Part shown: positions 1-9,803 of the stretch, in pieces | How positions within the stretch are numbered: position 1 is the first letter of the stretch | Layout of the letters: each line of letters begins with the position of its first letter | Source of the DNA: a virus | Taxonomy: Duplodnaviria > Caudoviricetes | Direction: 5' to 3' (one strand) | Virus record (IMG/VR): IMGVR_UViG_3300003375_000048 | Span: 1 to 46,530 of that record | DNA length: 46,530 nucleotides | Notes under the pieces: model-generated | The model's database searches: none | What the model saw: only the letters and a program-made list of their open reading frames with translations | What the model was told of the DNA's origin: nothing | Translations under genes and position numbers: made by a program

Positions 1-60
1 AAGAACTCCACAAGAACTTGCGCCTTCAGCTAATTTGGATAAGTTTCTAGATATTGTCAT
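1..60 (-). CDS. N-terminal fragment of a tail/virion protein running off the window start (MTISRNLSKLAEGASSCGVL...)
   Basis: ATG at 60-58 directly after the stop of the 62..349 ORF, preceded by GGAAGGAAAG; frame open to base 1. Confidence 0.6.
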   Translation of the reverse strand, partial: MTISRNLSKLAEGASSCGVL

Positions 61-61
61 A

Positions 62-349
62 TTACTTTCCTTCTTTTGGGAGTTCCCATAACCATGTTTG
101 TTTATTTAAAATATGCTCTGGAGTAGGTTGAGGTGCATAAAATACATCATTTTCTTTATCATAAATATAACCAATACCAGCAAAATTTCCTCTTAATGGT
201 TTTCCTTCAGGATGTTGATTGCCTTTTGTGTTATAAGAAGTTTGAACCCAATCCGCAGGATCTCCCCAATGACCTTGGCTTAGAACCTCTGGTTCTATCA
301 CAATAACTTGAGTAACTATTCCATTTTCAATTTTTGCAAAATGCGACAT
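62..349 (-). CDS. Small phage protein associated with glycine-rich fibre genes (possible fibre assembly factor)
   Basis: Likely start MSHFAKIENG at 349 with AGGA RBS; the longer track ORF overlaps the upstream gene; WVQTSYN...RGNFAGIG motif is typical of small proteins next to Gly-rich tail genes. Confidence 0.6.
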   Translation of the reverse strand: MSHFAKIENGIVTQVIVIEPEVLSQGHWGDPADWVQTSYNTKGNQHPEGKPLRGNFAGIGYIYDKENDVFYAPQPTPEHILNKQTWLWELPKEGK

Positions 350-362
350 ATTTATTCCTACT

Positions 363-2747
363 TTAAAAAGTAATTGTTCCAGAAGAAGTAAATTTATAAG
401 TTTTTCTACCGCCCATACAACTATATGTAGGTGAACCAGTAGTTGATGAAGCTGTTCTGCAAGAAGCAATAATTACAACTCCAGATCCTCCTGAACCACC
501 AATATTTGATCTTCCATAATTGTAAGCAGTACCACCGCCACCACCACCAGTATTAGCCGCACCAGAAGTTCCATTAGTTGTACAAGGTGTATATACACCT
601 CCTGTACCACCACCGCCTAGTCCACCAATAGCCGCAGGATAACAACTGGTATTTCCACCACCGCCACCTCCAGCATAGTAATTTCCATCCATCCATTGAT
701 AACCGATACCGCCTTGTCCACAATGAGGTGAACAACCATATCCGTTATAACCTACAGCACCAGCACCACCTCCGCCTCCGCCATAGACACCACCATTTTG
801 AGTTCCGCCAGCACCGCCATTATGTCCTTGACCAGAGATTCCATAACCGCCATGAGCACAACAATTATTATTCTTGCCATAAGCTCCGCCACCGCCACCA
901 GAAGCTCCACATCCACCGGGATTATTATTAGTGCCATAACTTCTAGGTGATCCATAACCACCAGCACCACCGCCACAAGTAACAATACATGACAATGATG
1001 TAGCATTACCTTGAGCATTTGGAGATGCACCGCCACCAATGGTAACTGTATAAGTTGATCCTGTAGTTAAAGTAACTGCACCATGTTTTAAACCACCAGC
1101 ACCGCCTCCACCACCAGAGCCTGAACTATTATTGCTATATCCTGAACCACCCCCACCAACAACTAAGTAATAGGCGATAAAAGATCCTGCTGGTAAAGTT
1201 TGATTTCCTACACAAGTAGATGGAAATTGACGAGTTGTTCCCGGCCAGACAATTCTGACAGCACCTCTAGAACAATTACCGCCACCGCCATATAAGCCAG
1301 CATAGTTATTTCCTGAATGCCAATAGCAACCACTACCTCCAGTAGTTCCACCGCTTCCACCACCGCCTCCACGACCCTGATTTCCGCAATAACCAGCATA
1401 GCCATTAGAGCCTTGACCGCAGATACCTACACCACCGCCTCCACCTGATCCATAGTGACCGCCACCACCTCCACCGCCACCGCCTGATCCTGCTTGAGCA
1501 GTATATGGTGATCCACTTCCGCCATTACCTGTATATCCTCCTGCTCCACCAGAACCAGAACTGCCGGGTCCACCATTGCCACCGCCATTACCACCATTAC
1601 CACCACCATCACCTACGAAAGTTCCACCAGCACCGGGACTATTGGGACCATTGCCTTGTCCACCACCGCCACCTTTTACTAAAGTGGGAGAACAAAACCA
1701 ACTATCTCTGCAATTTACTGATCCGCCTACCTGAACTGTATAAGAACTGCCGGGTGTTACAGCAATATTATTCTTCCAGCCTAATCCACCACCACCAGCA
1801 GGATAGTTAAATCCACCAGAACCTACTGCAACAACTGATACTGAAGTTACACCAGCAGGAGCGACCCAACTATATGTTCCCGGTGTTGTATAAGTTCTGC
1901 AAGATTTAGCACTACAGTAACCAGTAATAGTTCCTGAAATGAAATAAGTATGGAAAATTTTGCTACCGCAAGTAGTTATGCAACCACCAGCTAATTTTTG
2001 TGGGGAGCAATAGGCAATAATGGCAACACCACATCCACCAGCAGATCCAGGATAGCCTTGGTTGCCACCGCCACCACCACCGCCAGTAAATCTTGCACCT
2101 TTGCTTCCTACATGGTTTCCGCCTCCGCCACCACCTCCAGAGCCACCAGAACCATTTCCACCATTTCTACCAGCACCACCACCGCCAGCATAAGTTACAC
2201 CATTTACTGACCAAGTTTTTCCTGAGCCACCACAAGGTTGCCCACCAACAGAACCAGCACCACCGCCACCACCGCCACCAGCATATAAGCAACAAGTTCC
2301 ATAGCCACCTCTATTGCCTTGCCCAGAAGTGCCAGAGCCGGGTGAACGACCGCCACAAGCCGCACCACCACCTGATCCACCATTAAATCCATTGCTTCCA
2401 TTATCTCCACCACGACCACCGCCATAGGAAGTTAATGTAGCAAATCCACAACCTGATAAAACAGTATTAAACCCTTGACCAGTTCCACATGGAGCATAAA
2501 CACATCCACCACCACCTACTGTAATAGTATAAGTTTTTGAAGGTATTAATACTGCTGTTCCATTAAGAAAACCGCCAGCACCACCGCCACCGCCACCTCC
2601 AGTAGAACAACAATATCCAATACCAACACCAGCACCACCACCAGCTACAAGTAAATATGAAACTGTTACAGGAACAGCACCACCAGCACCTCCAGCAAAA
2701 CCAAAGGCTTTAGCAGATGCACCACCTCTTGTAATGATTGTTGGCAT
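363..2747 (-). CDS. Glycine-rich, Cys-rich tail fibre/adhesin with three Gly-rich modules
   Basis: 794 aa; repeated module starts (YLLVAGGG, SVVAVGSGG, YYLVVGGGG) and ends (GVAIIAY, GAVRIVW, SGVVIIA); polyglycine runs; located in the fibre cluster. Confidence 0.75.
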   Translation of the reverse strand: MPTIITRGGASAKAFGFAGGAGGAVPVTVSYLLVAGGGAGVGIGYCCSTGGGGGGGAGGFLNGTAVLIPSKTYTITVGGGGCVYAPCGTGQGFNTVLSGCGFATLTSYGGGRGGDNGSNGFNGGSGGGAACGGRSPGSGTSGQGNRGGYGTCCLYAGGGGGGGAGSVGGQPCGGSGKTWSVNGVTYAGGGGAGRNGGNGSGGSGGGGGGGNHVGSKGARFTGGGGGGGNQGYPGSAGGCGVAIIAYCSPQKLAGGCITTCGSKIFHTYFISGTITGYCSAKSCRTYTTPGTYSWVAPAGVTSVSVVAVGSGGFNYPAGGGGLGWKNNIAVTPGSSYTVQVGGSVNCRDSWFCSPTLVKGGGGGQGNGPNSPGAGGTFVGDGGGNGGNGGGNGGPGSSGSGGAGGYTGNGGSGSPYTAQAGSGGGGGGGGGHYGSGGGGGVGICGQGSNGYAGYCGNQGRGGGGGSGGTTGGSGCYWHSGNNYAGLYGGGGNCSRGAVRIVWPGTTRQFPSTCVGNQTLPAGSFIAYYLVVGGGGSGYSNNSSGSGGGGGAGGLKHGAVTLTTGSTYTVTIGGGASPNAQGNATSLSCIVTCGGGAGGYGSPRSYGTNNNPGGCGASGGGGGAYGKNNNCCAHGGYGISGQGHNGGAGGTQNGGVYGGGGGGAGAVGYNGYGCSPHCGQGGIGYQWMDGNYYAGGGGGGNTSCYPAAIGGLGGGGTGGVYTPCTTNGTSGAANTGGGGGGTAYNYGRSNIGGSGGSGVVIIASCRTASSTTGSPTYSCMGGRKTYKFTSSGTITF

Positions 2748-2748
2748 A

Positions 2749-5700
2749 TTATTTAAATTGAGTTTGAGTAGCTAAAACAGTATAAGTTGGAGTTGCCGCA
2801 GTTTTAATAACTGTATAAGTATAAACATCAACACCGCTTGTATTACCTTTAGTTGGTGCTCCACCTTGCCAAATTGTAGTCACTCCACCAGTTGTTCCAT
2901 CAACTTGAATAGAAGTGTTATAAAAAGCACTAGAACCTTGAGCAGTTAAAAGAGCCATAGTTACAGATTGACCAACAGATAAAGACGAACCCATTGAAGT
3001 TCCGCTACTAAATACTAAATTAATAGTCCAGTTATTAGAAGCATTACTTGTATAGTATTGCACCGAACCATTATTTAAATAATAGTTTTGTGTAGAAGCA
3101 GGATAACCAGATACTAAATATACATTTTCTGCCACATTTAATAAATCAGCCGCAAGACTGCTAGAAGTGCCATTAAATGTTTGTGTTGCAGTCCAAGTAT
3201 TTGCAGAACTTGTTGATAATGGATTAGTCCAAGTTGGTACTGAAGCACCATTGCTAGTTAATACTTGACCGCTTGTGCCATTGGCAATAAATCCAGTCGT
3301 ATTTGCACCAGTTTGATAGACAACTTGACTTGCCGCACCACCAGAAATATTACCAGCCAAGCCAATATTTACTGTATTAAATGCAATAGCTTCAAAAATA
3401 TCACCACTATTAGCGGCAGTTGTTAAAACAATGCTTGTGCCATTAGTAGCTGTGTAATCAGAACCATTTAGCAATACACCATTTAGATAAACTTCAACAT
3501 ATCCAACTGTATAAGAAACAGTAAATGTGGTTTGACTTGCAGAAGCAGTAATGCTTGTTCTAGTATAAGTAGCACTTAAAGCCGCACCAGAATATCCGCT
3601 AATACCAGAAGCACCAGAAAAACCTGAAATTCCTGAACCAGAGTATCCACTATATCCAGATACCGCTATTCCTGAATATCCTGAAATTCCAGAAAATCCA
3701 GAGTATCCCGAAACTGTTGCACCAGAATAACCAGAAGTTCCAGAGAATCCTGAAGTACCAATCCCAGAATAACCTGAGAATCCAGAAGTTCCTGATCCAG
3801 AGTAACCACTAAATCCTGAAATGCCTGATCCAGAATATCCAGATATACCACTTCCGCTATAACCAGAAATTCCTGAATAACCTGAAATTCCTGAATAGCC
3901 CGAAATTCCGCTAAATCCGCTAAATCCGCTATAACCAGATTGTGTATAAGTGACTTGATTAACAACCACATTGACAGAAGGAGAGGCTGGTCTTGTTGGG
4001 CTAGTATTTGATGCAAGTGGTTGCAATTCCATGTAGGTATTGTTTGACCACCAATAAAACTGAATGTAATCATTAGCAGTTGCATTGTATAAAAATTCCA
4101 CATTAGCAAGAACCTGATTATTTACACCAGCAGTTGTAAAAGTAAATCCAGATTCAGTAACAATAGAACCATTAATGGCATACCAAACTGTTACTTCATA
4201 GTTAGAGCCACCACCAGTAGTAATAAACTGTCCAAGTAAATTAACAAAATAAGTTCCAGAATTAGCAAAAGTAATTTGTGAACCTGAAACTACACTAACT
4301 CCACTTGAATAATTGGTGGTATTTAAAGTAATTAAATTTTGAGAAGTTGCACCAGCATTAGTTTGAGTAGTTGTATCGCTAAACAAACCATAGTTAGCAA
4401 TCGTACCACCAGCACCGGGAGAGCCAGAATATCCAGAATAGCCTGATAAACCAATACCAGAATAGCCAGAATAACCAGAAAAACCAGAAGTTCCAGAACC
4501 GCTATATCCTGAGAATCCGCTTACTCCAGAACCACTATAGCCTGAGAAACCAGATACTCCACTTCCAGAATAACCAGAAACACCACTACCGCTATAGCCA
4601 CTAAATCCTGATGTTCCTATTCCTGAATATCCAGAGAAACCAGAAATTCCGCTTCCGCTATAACCGCTTATTCCACTACCACTATAACCAGAAAATCCAC
4701 TTACACCGCTTCCAGAATAACCTGAAATTCCGCTATACCCAGAAATACCAGAAAATCCAGAAGTTCCAATTCCGCTATAGCCACTAAATCCTGAAAAACC
4801 TGATTGACCTGAAGCACCAACAATAGTGCCAGCATCAAACCAAGCTGTGCCATTCCAAATCCAAAGATCGCCAGTATCAGTAGTAATGTAAGCATCATTG
4901 GGTTGATTGCCTGTAGGCGGTAAATCTGCTGATGTAGGAACAGAACCTTTGATATTAATGGATGCACCTTGTGTTCCACTATATCCAGAATATCCGCTTA
5001 TTCCACTTCCAGAATATCCGCTTGTTCCACTAAATCCTGAGAAACCAGAAACGGATTGACCAGAATAACCTGAAATACCAGATCCAGAATAACCTGAAAA
5101 ACCTGATATACCGCTTCCACTATATCCAGAAAAGCCTGATGTAGATGCTCCTGAATATCCACTATAGCCACTTGTAGCAATTCCTGAATAGCCACTAAAT
5201 CCGCTTATTCCTGATCCACTATATCCAGAAATACCTGATCCACTATAGCCAGAAAATCCGCTAAATCCACTAGTGCCAATACCAGAATAGCCTGAAAAGC
5301 CACTTAGACCAACTCCGCTAAATCCAGATATTCCACTAAATCCAGATATTCCACTTCCAGAATATCCTGAAAATCCGCTAATTGATGCTCCTGAATATCC
5401 AGAAAATCCAGATATACCAGAGCCAGAATAACCAGAAATACCGCTTCCTGAAAAACCTGATAATCCAGAATTTCCGCTATAACCACTAAAACCCGAAATA
5501 CCAGATCCGCTATATCCAGAATAGCCTGAACTTCCTGTTCCAGAATAACCGCTATATCCGCTATAACCTGATACAGAAATTCCTGAATATCCACTAAAAC
5601 CGCTATAGCCAGAAATTCCATTATCTCCGCTATAACCTGAAATTCCACTAAATCCTGAAATTCCGCTACCACTAAATCCCGAATAACCGCTTATTCCTGA

Positions 5701-6120
5701 TGTTCCATTAGTGCCATTAATTCCTGAAAAACCGCTAAATCCAGAAGTTCCTGTTCCAGAAAAACCAGAATAACCAGAATAACCAGATTGACCGCTAACT
5801 GCATAACCTTGTCCAAAGGATTGCATAGTTCCAGCAGTAACTAAGTTAGCCGCAAAATCTCCAATTTGCCATTGACGAGCAACAGTTCCCTCTTGTGCTC
5901 TTTGTAATGTTAAAACATCACCAGTTACATTGGTGACATTACAAATTTCAGTAATTAATTCATTAGTAGCATTAATTAAAGTAAGTTTGAAGGCTTGTCC
6001 TGCAATGGGTTGTGGAAAATATTGTGCAGTACCACTAGCAACTGTAATGGTGGTATCAGTAAATCCAACTGGTTGAGCTAATGTGGTTTGCGCTTGATTG
6101 GCAAATAACAGAATTGTCAT
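2749..6120 (-). CDS. Long tail fibre with SG(Y/F/I) triplet repeats
   Basis: 1123 aa; N-terminal baseplate-attachment-like domain paralogous to 6430..7371; long Gly-X-Ser repeat tracts separated by globular domains. Confidence 0.75.
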   Translation of the reverse strand: MTILLFANQAQTTLAQPVGFTDTTITVASGTAQYFPQPIAGQAFKLTLINATNELITEICNVTNVTGDVLTLQRAQEGTVARQWQIGDFAANLVTAGTMQSFGQGYAVSGQSGYSGYSGFSGTGTSGFSGFSGINGTNGTSGISGYSGFSGSGISGFSGISGYSGDNGISGYSGFSGYSGISVSGYSGYSGYSGTGSSGYSGYSGSGISGFSGYSGNSGLSGFSGSGISGYSGSGISGFSGYSGASISGFSGYSGSGISGFSGISGFSGVGLSGFSGYSGIGTSGFSGFSGYSGSGISGYSGSGISGFSGYSGIATSGYSGYSGASTSGFSGYSGSGISGFSGYSGSGISGYSGQSVSGFSGFSGTSGYSGSGISGYSGYSGTQGASINIKGSVPTSADLPPTGNQPNDAYITTDTGDLWIWNGTAWFDAGTIVGASGQSGFSGFSGYSGIGTSGFSGISGYSGISGYSGSGVSGFSGYSGSGISGYSGSGISGFSGYSGIGTSGFSGYSGSGVSGYSGSGVSGFSGYSGSGVSGFSGYSGSGTSGFSGYSGYSGIGLSGYSGYSGSPGAGGTIANYGLFSDTTTQTNAGATSQNLITLNTTNYSSGVSVVSGSQITFANSGTYFVNLLGQFITTGGGSNYEVTVWYAINGSIVTESGFTFTTAGVNNQVLANVEFLYNATANDYIQFYWWSNNTYMELQPLASNTSPTRPASPSVNVVVNQVTYTQSGYSGFSGFSGISGYSGISGYSGISGYSGSGISGYSGSGISGFSGYSGSGTSGFSGYSGIGTSGFSGTSGYSGATVSGYSGFSGISGYSGIAVSGYSGYSGSGISGFSGASGISGYSGAALSATYTRTSITASASQTTFTVSYTVGYVEVYLNGVLLNGSDYTATNGTSIVLTTAANSGDIFEAIAFNTVNIGLAGNISGGAASQVVYQTGANTTGFIANGTSGQVLTSNGASVPTWTNPLSTSSANTWTATQTFNGTSSSLAADLLNVAENVYLVSGYPASTQNYYLNNGSVQYYTSNASNNWTINLVFSSGTSMGSSLSVGQSVTMALLTAQGSSAFYNTSIQVDGTTGGVTTIWQGGAPTKGNTSGVDVYTYTVIKTAATPTYTVLATQTQFK
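3585..5795 (-). repeat. Degenerate 9-bp coding tandem repeats (SGY/SGF/SGI triplets), in three blocks
   Basis: Plus-strand units like ccagaata/ccagaaaa/ccgctata recur throughout ~3585-3940, ~4420-4810 and ~4975-5795. Confidence 0.85.
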
Positions 6121-6142
6121 GGCAAGTCCTATCTAAGCACTA

Positions 6143-6415
6143 TTAAATGATGCTATATGTATCGTTGGCTGCTCCAGTAAATTTTACTGTAGTAACTGGG
6201 AAGGTCAACACATAGTAGATTTGACCTGTTTCAGTTCCAGTAGGAGTTACAGCAGAATAAAAAGTTGTGCCATTATCAAAAGATAATTGAATTGCACGAC
6301 CACCAGCAGCAGAATTTAAAACTAAAGTTGTTGGATATACTAAATTAGGAATACCAACAGTTGCTGTAGTTCCTGTAAGAGTGCCTGTGATAGGGCTTCC
6401 ATAGTTATAAGACAT
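6143..6415 (-). CDS. Small virion-associated beta-rich protein
   Basis: Likely start MSYNYG at 6415 with AAGGA RBS; lies between fibre genes. Confidence 0.6.
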   Translation of the reverse strand: MSYNYGSPITGTLTGTTATVGIPNLVYPTTLVLNSAAGGRAIQLSFDNGTTFYSAVTPTGTETGQIYYVLTFPVTTVKFTGAANDTYSII

Positions 6416-6429
6416 AATATTTTCCTTTG

Positions 6430-7371
6430 TTAATTGCCAATAGCTATCCAAGAAAAGCTAAAACTACCATTTGCAGGGGTATCAGAAGCAGACCCAAAAG
6501 CTGCACTATAAACTGTCATTGATGATAAAGAACCATAACTAGTAGCTTCTACAGTACCCCAGCCACCAGATCCGCCATTTCCAAAAATGGTGGTTTGAAA
6601 TGACCAAACTGCATTAGGAAATGCAAGTGGGAAAGTAACAGTAGTACTTCCAGAACTAGTACCTGATTGACCCCATTGAATAATGATTCCACTTGGCAGA
6701 ATTTGATAACCATTTGTAGAAGCCAAAAATTGAGATGATGAAGATCCATTTGAAGGATTATTCATTACATAAGCATCAAAAGTTGAACTATAAGTTAATG
6801 AAATAGGATAACCAGCTTCTGCAATATCTCCTGCTGATAAATCAATATTAGCCCCTTTTACTATAGGTTTTGAAGCCAAAATAGTAGAGCCTAAAGTTAC
6901 TACTAATGTTGAACTTCCTGTATTGGTTGCGCCAGCTTTTATGATGAAATTAAATCCATCTGGCAAAGTTGTAAAGTTCGATGTAATTGTGGCAGTTAAA
7001 GCATTGGCTGTTCCACCAGCATTTGCATAAGTGTATTTACCATTTTGAAGTTGATCTGGCTGAATTAAATTAGCCATAACACCAGCAGTATCAAAATTGC
7101 CAACAATATCATTCAAAAGAAATGCAGTTGGGGTAGTGCCTTCTTGACCTCTAATTACTGTTAATGTATCTGTTGATCTTGCAGTGCAATAACAAATTTC
7201 ATAAACAGTTGGGGAAGAAACACTATTTAAAGTGACGGCAAATACTTGTCCAGTAGTCGGATTTGGGAATAAAACACCAGTTCCGGGTGCTACTGTAATG
7301 GTTGTAGCAGTGCTAGAAATAGGAGCCGCTAATGTGGTTTTTGCATTGTTGGCATAAAGCTGAACTGTCAT
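6430..7371 (-). CDS. Tail fibre protein with gp53-like C-terminal domain
   Basis: C-terminal NGYQILPSGIIIQWG...TVTFPLAFPNA...SWIAIGN signature of phage fibre tip domains. Confidence 0.8.
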   Translation of the reverse strand: MTVQLYANNAKTTLAAPISSTATTITVAPGTGVLFPNPTTGQVFAVTLNSVSSPTVYEICYCTARSTDTLTVIRGQEGTTPTAFLLNDIVGNFDTAGVMANLIQPDQLQNGKYTYANAGGTANALTATITSNFTTLPDGFNFIIKAGATNTGSSTLVVTLGSTILASKPIVKGANIDLSAGDIAEAGYPISLTYSSTFDAYVMNNPSNGSSSSQFLASTNGYQILPSGIIIQWGQSGTSSGSTTVTFPLAFPNAVWSFQTTIFGNGGSGGWGTVEATSYGSLSSMTVYSAAFGSASDTPANGSFSFSWIAIGN

Positions 7372-7451
7372 AAGTTGTCCTTAATCTTGTTAGCCCGCAT
7401 CACCAAGCAATTAACCATATTGTATAGAATATTAAGCATTTTTAAGTTAAT

Positions 7452-9101
7452 TTAATTACCAATTTTTGCTTGCCAAGCAAAATAACCACTTCCACCACCA
7501 ACTTGGAAAGTGGTAGAAGTTATTGTGGTGGTATTAACATAAATAGTGTCACTCCAACCACTATTAGGGCTAATAATAATGTTATAAGGTTGTGGAGCAA
7601 CTCCAAGATTATGACTTATGGTTGTAGTTCCGCCACCATTACTACTATTTCCAGCGGCAACATCAGGGCTAGTCATTCCAAGATTATTATTAACATATCT
7701 GTTATTAGTAGCTGGAATAGATAATGTTGCTCCATTACCAGATAAATCATTACCAGTAATAGTGAAATAATCACAACCACTATTAACTACAATTCCTATT
7801 GATGAATTTCCTGATAATCCTGCTCCAGCACCAACTGTGGCATTTTCTACTCTTACATGAGTAGCACCATTATTAAAATATACTCCATATAGGTTTTGAC
7901 AAAATTCACCACCATTTACAACAATATCTGATACTGTACCGCCAGTAGTTAATCCTGCTCCACCATTTAATACTGAATGACAAGATTCAAAATGCATGCC
8001 TTGAAGCAATCCAGAACCAGAATTATTAATATAAATACCATCATTGGTAGCTGATCCAGTCCATACATCGGCAAAGCGACAACGAATTACACTAGCATTT
8101 CCTGTTGGGGTAATACGAATACCATTATTACTGCTAGTATCAAAAAAGCAATTAAGAACATATAGACTTTCCACATTTCCTGAATCTGAAGCACCACTAG
8201 ATGAAGAATATGGATCAACAAGTAATCCAACACCTTGCTCAATAACAGAAGTATTACTAATAATTAAAGCCGCAGAATTTCTTACACGAATACCAGCCGC
8301 AGATATTTGTGGTTCTTGTGCTCCCATCAAAACATCTTCAATTAATTGACTATTATCTCCGCCTTCTGCACGAATACGAATTGCTCCTGATGCGCCATTT
8401 TGAAAGCGACCATGACGGATTCTTGATACATTGCCTGTCATCAAAATTCCGTTGTAATCTCCATTCATTTCAAATTCAGAAATAAATGATTGAGGTCCAC
8501 TTAATACAACATAACTACCACCAGTTTGAGTAGTATTGGCTTGGAAGCCCATTCCTTGTATTCCAGAACCATATCCATAGGCATTAAATAAATAACCGCC
8601 CGATGGAGAAGATAAGGCAGAATAAATAAGAGTTGCATTTTCTCCATCACCATGAATTACTACACCATTTCCAAGGTTGCCTGCTCCGTTATAAATATAA
8701 TTTCCAGCAGGAAAATATAATCCTTGACCAGTTGAATAAACTGCTGACAAAGCATTATTAATGGCAGTTGTATCATTTGTTGATCCATCACCAGTAGCAC
8801 CAAAATCTTTAACAGAAATTGATTCTTGCAATTTTGCTTGCACAGTTCTTGTAACTGCACCAGACCCGCCTTCGTTATAAGAAACACCACTTGCGGCTCC
8901 GCCACCACCAGAATATCCAGAATATCCGCTAAATCCAGATTTTCCAGAAGCACCAGAAGAACCAGATACCCCAAAATCTGGGTATGTTCCGCCCAATACA
9001 ACAGGAGTAGTTCCTAAAGTAATAGGAGTAGCAAAATTAACATCCAATTCTTCTAATGGAATCGGAGAGTTTGCGGTTGCAAATGTATATGGAACTGTCA
9101 T
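7452..9101 (-). CDS. Tailspike, pectate-lyase-like right-handed beta-helix (putative polysaccharide depolymerase)
   Basis: RTVQAKLQESISVKDFGATGDGSTNDTTAINNA...LYFPAGNY is the canonical tailspike beta-helix start; Asn/Gly-rich rungs follow. Confidence 0.85.
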   Translation of the reverse strand: MTVPYTFATANSPIPLEELDVNFATPITLGTTPVVLGGTYPDFGVSGSSGASGKSGFSGYSGYSGGGGAASGVSYNEGGSGAVTRTVQAKLQESISVKDFGATGDGSTNDTTAINNALSAVYSTGQGLYFPAGNYIYNGAGNLGNGVVIHGDGENATLIYSALSSPSGGYLFNAYGYGSGIQGMGFQANTTQTGGSYVVLSGPQSFISEFEMNGDYNGILMTGNVSRIRHGRFQNGASGAIRIRAEGGDNSQLIEDVLMGAQEPQISAAGIRVRNSAALIISNTSVIEQGVGLLVDPYSSSSGASDSGNVESLYVLNCFFDTSSNNGIRITPTGNASVIRCRFADVWTGSATNDGIYINNSGSGLLQGMHFESCHSVLNGGAGLTTGGTVSDIVVNGGEFCQNLYGVYFNNGATHVRVENATVGAGAGLSGNSSIGIVVNSGCDYFTITGNDLSGNGATLSIPATNNRYVNNNLGMTSPDVAAGNSSNGGGTTTISHNLGVAPQPYNIIISPNSGWSDTIYVNTTTITSTTFQVGGGSGYFAWQAKIGN

Positions 9102-9111
9102 ATTTAATCCT

Positions 9112-9801
9112 TTAATTTTTAGTCCAAGGGACTGTTACACTTGAATTATTTTTCCAAGTGATAGTTGCACTAGAATTATTTTCCCAATTAACTTCTACAA
9201 CTTCACTATTAACTACATAAACATATTGAAATGGAACATGTAGAGCACCAGAAGCCAAACCAGAAGTCATAATATTTGCCGCATCTGAATTTGGAATATG
9301 AATATTTACAGTATTTGGATAAGTATAAGTAACACTTACTTCATAAGTATTATCTAAATTTATAGGAACTCCATTTACACCTTCAATAAATTGCTTAATT
9401 CTTCTTTTTAACCAAGTGGTGTTATATTGAAAACCATCACCTTTATAAAAATTCCAAGTTAATATTCTTTTAAAATAATCATCTGTTACTACATAAGATG
9501 AACTAGAACCACCACCAATATTTTGTGAATATGGTGTAGTGTTATATGCAATAGTGTTATATACACCTAATGGTGAACTAGTTGTTGGTGTAGGTAATGC
9601 TGGTCTTAAAGTGCCATAAATACCTAATGAAACCCAATCCAATAAATCACCTGATAATTTTGTATAAATTGGTAAATTTAGATTATTTAATGTATCTAAA
9701 TTTGTTTGTGAAAAATCATTATAGGCTTCAAAAAATGGCAATATATCAGGATCATTATCATATTCCTGATATAAATAAGCTGGAAGATTTTTTACAATCA
9801 T
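9112..9801 (-). CDS. Baseplate wedge protein (DUF2612-like)
   Basis: Follows baseplate J; GDLLDWV...IYG and VTDDYFKRIL motifs. Confidence 0.65.
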   Translation of the reverse strand: MIVKNLPAYLYQEYDNDPDILPFFEAYNDFSQTNLDTLNNLNLPIYTKLSGDLLDWVSLGIYGTLRPALPTPTTSSPLGVYNTIAYNTTPYSQNIGGGSSSSYVVTDDYFKRILTWNFYKGDGFQYNTTWLKRRIKQFIEGVNGVPINLDNTYEVSVTYTYPNTVNIHIPNSDAANIMTSGLASGALHVPFQYVYVVNSEVVEVNWENNSSATITWKNNSSVTVPWTKN

Positions 9802-9803
9802 AA

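Noticed and set aside
728-2425. His-rich plus-strand ORFs and Val-rich alternative-frame ORFs
   Set aside because: Shadows of GGT/GGC-rich glycine codons in the real fibre gene; no RBS or independent coding signal
3585-5795. CRISPR array or DNA-level repeat element
   Set aside because: Repeats are degenerate 9-bp coding units with synonymous variation and no spacer structure
363-9101. Diversity-generating retroelement or invertible tail-fibre switch
   Set aside because: No reverse transcriptase, invertase, template/variable repeat pair or flanking inverted repeats seen
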